A stretch of 24,266 bases of DNA from Clostridia bacterium (GTDB lineage Bacteria; Bacillota; Clostridia; Christensenellales; CALWSW01), in NCBI GenBank assembly GCA_019421925.1, contig JAHZEH010000003.1:1-24266 (forward strand), in the 5' to 3' direction. Below are positions 17,492-24,266 of this stretch, in pieces. Under the pieces are notes generated by a model. That model worked only from the letters and a program-made list of their open reading frames with translations. It was not told the DNA's origin and did no database searches. The position numbers and the translations under genes are program-made. The number at the start of each line of letters is the position of its first letter. Within the stretch, counting starts at the first letter, position 1.

Positions 17492-17685
17492 GTGGTACAA
17501 TCAATCTCGTTGTCTCCCGGCGGCCCGGCGCGCCTCTCCCCAGGCGTAAGCGCCGGCCGTCCTCATCCCCCCCAGGGACGGGAGACGCAGTTCGCCGTAT
17601 CAGAACGGTGAACCCAGGAGCGTCCACCCCCGCGCGGGGGCGGGCGCTTTCACATATCTCCCCTCAGACAAAGGAGTTTCGGCCC

Positions 17686-17982
17686 ATGAACGAACAGACC
17701 TATGAATTCGACGCGGTCATCCGGAAAGCGCCGGACATGGACGGCGCTTATGTGGAAATTCCCTTTGACGTAAAGGCGGCCTTCGGTAAAAGCCGCGTCC
17801 CGGTCCACGCCTCCTTTGACGGCGAGCCCTATGACGGCAGCCTGGTGAAAATGGGAACACCCCTCCATATCCTGGGCCTGCGCAAGGATATCCGCAGGCT
17901 GATCGGAAAGGGTCCGGGCGACAGCGTCCATGTCGCGCTGCGCAAACGTACTCCCCATACGGGGAATGATATCCCCGGCTGA
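17686..17982 (+). CDS. DUF1905-like (OB-fold) protein
   Basis: ATG 17686 after [34 protein letters not shown]...[16 protein letters not shown]. Confidence 0.82.
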   Translation: MNEQTYEFDAVIRKAPDMDGAYVEIPFDVKAAFGKSRVPVHASFDGEPYDGSLVKMGTPLHILGLRKDIRRLIGKGPGDSVHVALRKRTPHTGNDIPG

Positions 17983-18115
17983 GACTCCCGCCCGGTCCAA
18001 AACGGGGACCCGGGCTGATTCTCTGCCGTCCGCCCCTTCCATCTGCGGCAGCAGAGCAAAAGGGCAGTGGTGTTTCCCTCCGCTGCCCCTATTGTATGAT
18101 CGCATATACCGCGCC

Positions 18116-19630
18116 CTAGATCAGCTCAACCGTCCCCTCTTCAGCCGGTATTTCATAGAATATCATGCGCCATTCCACGTCCTCTGCCGGTTCAAAATAC
18201 AGCGCGGAGCAGGCCGTCCGGATGTTGTTATTCTGTCCCTGACCTCCGAATATCAGAGCAGTCGGACCATCCGCCCCGCCGATAATACCGATAGCAGCGG
18301 CGTTCCCGGGTACGGCTGGCCCGGATGGCCTCCTCCTTGGACGGTCTCCCCCAGCACAGTCCGTTACAGTTACCGCCTTCTCCGAGAGCTCCGGCGTAAT
18401 CGTATAACACAAAACCAGATAATTCCTGGGGAATTCCTGGCCGGGCGCAGAGGCAAAACAGCTCTCCGGCAGCTCCTCCCGCCGTACTTCCTGTACGGTC
18501 AGCGTGTATTTCTCCCCGCTCGGGGGATGGATGAAGTCAAAAGTATCGCCTGCGGCCGCTGTGCGGAAATGGGGTCCGGGCATGGGAACCCGCTCCTGCC
18601 GCAGAATCACAGAGAGCTTTTCCATCGCTGGCCGGCGCTTTGCCGCCCATGGGAAGGAGGCGCGCCAGATCAGCCAGCCCGAAGCGGGATCGAGGCCATA
18701 GTGCTCCACGACCCGTCTGGCCTCCCCCTCGTCCTCTCCATCTTCTGGATAGTAGATCTCGCTGCATCCATGGGAGGACGGGAGCTCCTTTCCATTGAGC
18801 ACAGCCTTGGGCCTCAAATCCAGGCAAAACGGGTTGTCCCTCTCGATTTCCATCTGCTGCTCTGGTGTAAACCGGCTGTGCGCCTCATCCCCGGCCAACA
18901 AATCCCACCGTTTCATGAACGCCCTGAACCGCTCAGGCTCCACCTGCATACAAAAATCAATCACCAGCCCCCTGCCGCATGCGTAGAGAGAGGGCACAAC
19001 CCAGCTCCGCCCCGCCCACTGGAAGCGCCTCCCCACGGGGATCTCTCTCCCCGCATGGTCTCTGCCGCTGCGGCCCCGGAAATTCCCCTCAAAATAGACC
19101 TTCCACGCACAAGCCCGGGCTTGTGCGCCCCCGCCCATGCCGGAGCAGCCGGCGTCCCTGGTATCCGTGATTTTGCTGAAATCAAAGGATGCCTGCACCC
19201 CCTTGATATACTGCCAGGGATCCGCCATGGGCTCCAGTTTGAGCCGGCCGGAGAGTTCCGAAAGGACGGCGGCCTGCGCCTGTGTGGGGGGATTCTCCCT
19301 CAGGAAGGTCTCAAATTGCCTCCTGTCCCACATCCATGCCTGTTCCAACGCGGCTGCGTCTCCACAGGCCAGCAGAAGCCTCAGAAAATCATCAAAATTT
19401 CTCGCCAACGGATGCACATAGTCGGGCGCGGCGTTCGCCGGGCTGACCGCAAACACCATCTCTCCGAATCCCCGGATAAAACAGTAATGGATTCCGTCCA
19501 CCCCTGCCCATCCTATGATTGACGCGCCCTGGGGCGTGCAGAAATAACCGGCCCTGTCCGCGCCGCGCTCCACGCCCAATGGGGCGAGATCAATCTTCTT
19601 TTTTAAAAACCCCTGATATCCATATGCCAT
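18116..19630 (-). CDS. Hypothetical multidomain protein containing an OadB-like GIIGGADGPT motif
   Basis: 504 aa; SD GGAGG; extended -10 TGaTACAAT near 19665-19673. Confidence 0.8.
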   Translation of the reverse strand: MAYGYQGFLKKKIDLAPLGVERGADRAGYFCTPQGASIIGWAGVDGIHYCFIRGFGEMVFAVSPANAAPDYVHPLARNFDDFLRLLLACGDAAALEQAWMWDRRQFETFLRENPPTQAQAAVLSELSGRLKLEPMADPWQYIKGVQASFDFSKITDTRDAGCSGMGGGAQARACAWKVYFEGNFRGRSGRDHAGREIPVGRRFQWAGRSWVVPSLYACGRGLVIDFCMQVEPERFRAFMKRWDLLAGDEAHSRFTPEQQMEIERDNPFCLDLRPKAVLNGKELPSSHGCSEIYYPEDGEDEGEARRVVEHYGLDPASGWLIWRASFPWAAKRRPAMEKLSVILRQERVPMPGPHFRTAAAGDTFDFIHPPSGEKYTLTVQEVRREELPESCFASAPGQEFPRNYLVLCYTITPELSEKAVTVTDCAGGDRPRRRPSGPAVPGNAAAIGIIGGADGPTALIFGGQGQNNNIRTACSALYFEPAEDVEWRMIFYEIPAEEGTVELI

Positions 19631-19758
19631 AGAATCGGCTCCTCCAGCGGATGACGTTTTCAGAATTGTATCACAAATTTATGATCCAATCCATCGCTGC
19701 CCGGAGGAGCCCAAACACCTTCCAGCCCAGGGGCGCCCTGAAAAACTCCCGGCCACGC

Positions 19759-19784
19759 AAAAAGGCCCCGGTATCCGGGGCCCT
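19759..19784 (-). terminator. Terminator of the reductase gene (the hairpin duplicated by the MITE)
   Basis: Minus strand GGCCCCGG-ATA-CCGGGGCC followed by TTTTT. Confidence 0.7.
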
Positions 19785-19981
19785 GAGCTTGTCAAAAAAG
19801 CCCATTCGGACTTTTTTGAGGTTACGGGTTTTGCCTGCTCCGCTTCGCTTCGCCGGGCGGCAAAACCAGCAAAGAACGAAAACCTAAGGTTTTCATCCGT
19901 TCTGACGCACATGCCGTCAGAGCCGGATTTAAGTCAAGGGGTACGCCCCTTGACAATCCCGGAGTTTTTTGACAGTCTGAG
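19785..19981. mobile_element. MITE-like element (~197 bp) with a 21-bp duplication of a palindromic target
   Basis: Flanked by GGCCCCGGTATCCGGGGCCCT at 19764-19784 and 19982-20002; subterminal inverted repeats TGTCAAAAAA (19790-19799) / TTTTTTGACA (19965-19974). Confidence 0.75.
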
Positions 19982-20021
19982 GGCCCCGGTATCCGGGGCC
20001 CTCTTCCAATGTTGGCCGTCA

Positions 20022-22490
20022 CTAAGCCGCCGGCTGTCCCTGCTGCGTCAGGCTCCAGGCATAGTCCGCCGCGTTGAGACCGGACATGCGGCCGGACGTA
20101 ATGACCCAGCCCTGGCAGACGCCGCCGTAGCCGATGTAGTTCTTCTCATCGGACTGGATGACGCCGAAGGAGTCCTGTCCCACGGCGTAGAGGCCGTGGA
20201 TGGGGGTCGCGCCGTCGGTCCTGAGCACCCGCAGCTGAACGTCCACATCCAGGGCTCCGCCGCTGCCATACATGGCGGGCATGGCCTTGATGGCATAGTA
20301 GGGGCCCTCGCCCAGGGCGGCCATATACCGGGCGTCCTTGCCGAAGTCCGCATCCTCGCCCGCCGCACACAGCTCGTCATAGCGGGCCACAGTGGCGGCG
20401 AGGGTCGCCGCGTCCATACCGGTGAGCCCGGCCAGCTCCTCGAGGGTGTCCGCCTTCCAGGCCAGGCCCTGTTCCACGCAGGCTTCCATGGCCTCGTAGA
20501 TCTCGGGGATGGGTGTGTTCAGGGGCAGCCCGCCCTGCTGGCAATAGGCCACGGTGCGGAATACGTTGTTAAAACCGTTCTCCGCCACGTTGTCAACCTG
20601 GCCCTGGGACCAGATGCTGTAGAAATAGGGGCCCACCTTCCAGGCGATCGGGGGGACCTCGTCGCCGATGTTGTTGCCGATCCCCCACTCGTTGCCGAAA
20701 CGGGCTCCGTTCCTGTCCACGGCCAGAGTGTCCACGGACACGCACATGTACAGGGGGATGTCGTTGAACGTCCAGGTGGTCTGGCGCCCGGTGCGGTTGG
20801 TCTTTTTGCCCTCCACAAAATTGATGGGGAAGTGCTTGAGATAGTAGGGCAGGCTGATCTCCATGGTAATGGGGGGCATATCGGCGTTGTAGGTGCCCGC
20901 GCCGATATCCAGGGCAGCCCGGATCATCTTGCCGTCTGCGGCTGTGTTCCCGTTTTGGAACCACTGGCCCGCCCAGCGGGGGTCGAGCAGTTCGTTCATG
21001 AGCTCCTCGCTGCCGCCGAAGCCGCCGGTGGCGGAGATGACGGCCTTGGCATGGATGATATACTCCTTGCCAGTAACCAGGTTCCTGGCCTTGACGCCGG
21101 TTACGGCGCCGGCCGCCTCATCATAGAGGTACTCATAGCCCTCGGTCTCGAGCATATAGCCGCCGCCAGAGCATTCGACCTCGGTGAGCAGCTTCTCGTA
21201 AAATGCCTCCATGACGGCCCGGCGGTCCTCGTTGGTGTCGTAGTACTTATCCAGGCCGGTGGCCGCAAAGTAGTAGAAAATGGTGTTGAAACCGGTGTCG
21301 GAGAAGTCGGTGCTGTTCTTCATGCTGCCGAATTCCAGGCCCTGCTTATACATGAGCCAGTCAATGGTGTTGCCCGACTCGTCGAAGAACAGGCGCACCA
21401 GCTCCTCTTTTGCCCTCTGGTTTCCCTCCCCGTCCTTGGTGTATTCCAGCCAGTCGTTCAGGTATTCGTCATAGTCCACCAGAGGTTCGCCGTCATTAAA
21501 CTCCTCCTGGTACATAGGCGGGTTGACAGCGTTGGGGGAGTGGGTATAGACCGACTGGCCGCCCAGTTTTCCGCACTTCTCAATGCCAAGCACCCGCGCG
21601 GGGGTATTTCCGTTGAGCTCCCGCAGGCGCTCGCTGGCCGCCTTCATGGCCAGCACGCCGCCCGTTCCCCGTCCACCCACCAGGATATCGGTCTCGATCT
21701 CCTCCGTCATGCCCACCTCGCTCTTCTCGGACGTCCTGTAGAAGTTCGAGATGGCGGAGGGGTCGGATCCGCCCGCGATCAGGGCCTCCACCAGCGCCTT
21801 CTCCACAGCGGTTTTGACGGTATTGCTGGTTACGGTACAGCCGGTGATGGCGTCCACCGTCACAGACTGCTGTTCAATCATGCGCGGGAAGAGCAGCTCC
21901 TCCACCGTGTTCATGATACCCTCGGTCTCGCCGTTCTCCTCCCGGGACTGAGGCACGGAGATGGAGAGCAGGGAGGTCTCATTCACCGTAATGGTGACGG
22001 GCAGCTCCCAGATCTGCCAGTAGCCCAGAGCGCTGGCGGTGTAGGTGCCCGGCTTCATCCTGACCTGAGTGTTCCCGGCGCCGGTCGCCTCATTGTAGGC
22101 CATTCGGGCGGCGGCCAGCAGAGCGTTGGAGGACACGGTGGCCCCCGATATCCCGTCGATTTCCAGGTTTCCCGCCGCCGCCAGGGCAGCGGGCAGCTCG
22201 GCGACAGCCCGGCTGCCGATACCCTCTGTCTCATTCTCCCCCGTGGCGGAGGCAGCGGTGATTTTTCCATCCTCCACGGTCAAAGTGACGATGATGTCCC
22301 CTCCAAAGCCGGGCCGGGTGGCGGTCACGGTCCTGGCCCCCTCCGGAGCGGGAGTGAGGCTGGGCTCCGCGCTCTCCGCGGGGGCGGGGGACTCTGTCCC
22401 AGACTGGGAGACAGGGGCCTCCTCCCCTGCGCAGGCCGCAAGGCTGAGGCCCATCATCAGGGCGAGGAGCAGTGCAAGCATCCGTTTCAT
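20022..22490 (-). CDS. Extracytosolic lipoprotein FAD-dependent oxidoreductase (flavocytochrome/fumarate-reductase-like) with two FMN-binding domains
   Basis: Start reassigned to ATG 22490; lipobox LAAC; DGISGATVSS and DAITGCTVTS flavinylation motifs; GRGTGG, ATGGFGG and GLYAVG FAD motifs. Confidence 0.9.
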   Translation of the reverse strand: MKRMLALLLALMMGLSLAACAGEEAPVSQSGTESPAPAESAEPSLTPAPEGARTVTATRPGFGGDIIVTLTVEDGKITAASATGENETEGIGSRAVAELPAALAAAGNLEIDGISGATVSSNALLAAARMAYNEATGAGNTQVRMKPGTYTASALGYWQIWELPVTITVNETSLLSISVPQSREENGETEGIMNTVEELLFPRMIEQQSVTVDAITGCTVTSNTVKTAVEKALVEALIAGGSDPSAISNFYRTSEKSEVGMTEEIETDILVGGRGTGGVLAMKAASERLRELNGNTPARVLGIEKCGKLGGQSVYTHSPNAVNPPMYQEEFNDGEPLVDYDEYLNDWLEYTKDGEGNQRAKEELVRLFFDESGNTIDWLMYKQGLEFGSMKNSTDFSDTGFNTIFYYFAATGLDKYYDTNEDRRAVMEAFYEKLLTEVECSGGGYMLETEGYEYLYDEAAGAVTGVKARNLVTGKEYIIHAKAVISATGGFGGSEELMNELLDPRWAGQWFQNGNTAADGKMIRAALDIGAGTYNADMPPITMEISLPYYLKHFPINFVEGKKTNRTGRQTTWTFNDIPLYMCVSVDTLAVDRNGARFGNEWGIGNNIGDEVPPIAWKVGPYFYSIWSQGQVDNVAENGFNNVFRTVAYCQQGGLPLNTPIPEIYEAMEACVEQGLAWKADTLEELAGLTGMDAATLAATVARYDELCAAGEDADFGKDARYMAALGEGPYYAIKAMPAMYGSGGALDVDVQLRVLRTDGATPIHGLYAVGQDSFGVIQSDEKNYIGYGGVCQGWVITSGRMSGLNAADYAWSLTQQGQPAA

Positions 22491-22612
22491 GTCTCTTTCC
22501 CTCCAAATCGTGTCATTTAGGAGCATCCTCCTGATAAAATCCTAACACAAAGAGAGCAGAATCAGAATTTCCCATATTCTATGAAAGGGGGGCTATTGTT
22601 GCACAATCCGTA

Positions 22613-23512
22613 TCAATCGGCGGTCTGGGCGGACTCCTCCCGCAGAATCTGGCAAAAGGCGGGCAGGCAGGGGTTCTGCTGCCCCTTTCTCCAGGCAAAG
22701 ACCCGCTCATAGCCGGGGAATTCCCCCATGAGGGGGATGCGGACCGTGCCCATGGGCTCCTCAGGCTCGCCGTGGATGGTCGTGGGATAGAGTCCCACGC
22801 CCTTGCCGGAGGCCACAAGCAGGGGCACATTGTTGTCCCCGGTAGCGGAGATATTGGGAGCAAACCCCGCCCGGGCACACAGGCTGAGCATGGCGTTGAA
22901 CATGTGGGAGGACTTCTCCCGCTTGGAGAGGATAAAGGACTCCTCCCGCAGGTCCGAGAGCTCAACAGCCTCCAGCCCCGCCAGGGGATGTCCTGCGGGC
23001 AGCAGGACGCTGGGCCGCTCCCTCGCGATGACGATATGCTCCATCTCCTGCAGATCCCAGATGCAGGGGGCCAGGATCATCACCCCGTCGATCTCCTCCG
23101 CCAAAAGGTCCTGCCGCAGCCTCTCCGTCTCCAGCAGGGCCGCATTGATCCGGATCTGGGGATATTGGGCCATGCAGCGCCCGATGGCCGCCGAGAGATA
23201 GGGGACGTTTCCCCGGCCATGGTAGCCGATCATCAGCTCCCCCATGATCCCCCTCCGGATGTCCGCAACCTGAGCCTGCATCGCGGCACAGTCCTGAAGG
23301 ATCCGCCGGGCATGGCCCAGGCAGGCCCGGCCTGCGGGGGTGAGCCGCACGTTGCGGGTGTCCCGTTCCAGAAGGGCGGCCCCCAGAGCCTTCTCCAGCT
23401 CGGCGATCTTTCGGCTGAGGGCAGGCTGGGAGAGAAAAAGCTGTTCCGAGGCCCTGCGAAAGTTCAGCGTCTCGGCTACCGTAATAAAACATCGGAGGGC
23501 TTCAAAATCCAT
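22613..23512 (-). CDS. LysR-family transcriptional regulator
   Basis: Start reassigned to ATG 23512; LRCFITVAETLNFRRASEQLFLSQPALSRKIAELE...LLERDTRNVRLTPAG. Confidence 0.95.
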   Translation of the reverse strand: MDFEALRCFITVAETLNFRRASEQLFLSQPALSRKIAELEKALGAALLERDTRNVRLTPAGRACLGHARRILQDCAAMQAQVADIRRGIMGELMIGYHGRGNVPYLSAAIGRCMAQYPQIRINAALLETERLRQDLLAEEIDGVMILAPCIWDLQEMEHIVIARERPSVLLPAGHPLAGLEAVELSDLREESFILSKREKSSHMFNAMLSLCARAGFAPNISATGDNNVPLLVASGKGVGLYPTTIHGEPEEPMGTVRIPLMGEFPGYERVFAWRKGQQNPCLPAFCQILREESAQTAD

Positions 23513-23608
23513 TTCAATACCCCACATTCCAAATCTCTTTTTCTGATAGTAATACGCCGGGGCGGCTTTTGTAAAGGCGGAGGGGCTTCTTCCACCCCAA
23601 AAGGGCGC

Positions 23609-23639
23609 AAAAAAGCCATAGGAGGTTTTCCCTATGGCT
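23609..23639 (-). terminator. Rho-independent terminator of the surface protein gene
   Basis: Minus strand AGCCATAGG...CCTATGGCT running into a T-tract. Confidence 0.75.
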
Positions 23640-23670
23640 CCGGATTTCAATATGTACTTCTTGGCAGTTC

Positions 23671-24264
23671 CTAGGCCCTGACTTTGCGCACGGCGGCCAG
23701 CAGGACGGCCACGCCCAGCGCGGAGAGCGCAAGCAGAATGGGGAACGTTTTGCCCTCGCCTGTCTTGGGCACGGCGATGACGTCCGCGTCCTCCTCTTCC
23801 AGGGGCTCCTCCTCCGTCTCCTCCACCTCAGGGGTGGCTGCCATGGGGACTTCCTCCTCCTCAAACTCCTCCATCTCAGGTTCGCTCACAAGAGGGGTTT
23901 CCCCGTCCTCGATGGTCTCAGTCACAGGGCCGCGCAGCACGACGGGGGGATAGGAGACAGCCTCAACAGAGTTCTCGGGCCCGACGGGATCAATAACAGG
24001 GGGCTCCTCATGATCTCCGCCCTCGCCGTGGCGGGAGCAGGCCAGGCTGTTTTTGCAGAAATAGCAGTGAAGGACACAGGTCTGGCCCTGGGCTTTGCAG
24101 TCAGCGCAGTGCTTCTCGCAGTCCAGGCCGTTCTTGCAGAAGTAGCAGTGCGCGGGGCACTTGCCGGTGGGGTCGCTGGGGCAGGCGGCGCAGTGCCTCT
24201 CGCAGCTCAGACCGTTCTTGCAGAAGTAGCAGTGCGCGGGGCACTTGCCGGTGGGGTCGCTGGG
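23671..24264 (-). CDS. C-terminus of a sortase-anchored surface protein with Cys/His-rich repeats (5' end outside window)
   Basis: Open frame from the window edge: PSDPTGKCPAHCYFCKNGLSCERHCAAC repeats, acidic/Pro stalk, VPKTG, hydrophobic segment and RKVRA tail. Confidence 0.88.
   Translation of the reverse strand, partial: PSDPTGKCPAHCYFCKNGLSCERHCAACPSDPTGKCPAHCYFCKNGLDCEKHCADCKAQGQTCVLHCYFCKNSLACSRHGEGGDHEEPPVIDPVGPENSVEAVSYPPVVLRGPVTETIEDGETPLVSEPEMEEFEEEEVPMAATPEVEETEEEPLEEEDADVIAVPKTGEGKTFPILLALSALGVAVLLAAVRKVRA
24028..24264 (-). repeat. 84-bp (28-aa) coding tandem repeat
   Basis: 24181-24264 and 24097-24180 are near identical (diverging in the last codons); a more diverged partial unit lies at 24028-24096. 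Confidence 0.9.
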
Positions 24265-24266
24265 GC

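Noticed and set aside
14440..22520. Long ORFs 14440-17295 (-), 17930-19522 (+) and 19911-22520 (+)
   Set aside because: Antisense to copA, the 504-aa gene and the reductase; no independent evidence of coding.
24028..24264. Multihaem cytochrome c
   Set aside because: The motif order is HCxxC / CxxH and never CxxCH.

Overview
GC-rich window, most likely from a clostridial (Oscillospiraceae-like) chromosome; the taxonomy is inferred from gene content and SD style. Positions 1-8.3 kb (minus strand) hold a compact, apparently intact phage morphogenesis operon: terS, PBSX-type terL, SPP1-like portal, GP20 scaffold, major capsid, connector, head closure, tail terminator, contractile sheath, XkdM tube and an XkdN chaperone that runs off the left edge. 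It starts only ~300 bp after a housekeeping nitrilase gene and its terminator. No integrase, repressor or replication genes lie on that side, and a host REP-like repeat sits inside the operon. This suggests a domesticated PBSX/GTA-like particle rather than a normal prophage. The rest is host DNA: nitrilase, deoD, pepF, a SLOG/YpsA-XRE pair, copA-csoR, DUF1905, a 504-aa hypothetical, a flavinylated lipoprotein FAD reductase with a LysR regulator, and the C-terminus of a sortase-anchored protein with CxxHCxxC repeats. Non-coding highlights are several REP-like hairpin families, a MITE with a 21-bp duplicated terminator, a candidate ~55-nt sRNA and an internal RBS in copA that may yield free CopZ. 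All family assignments are from motif recognition by eye, not database searches.
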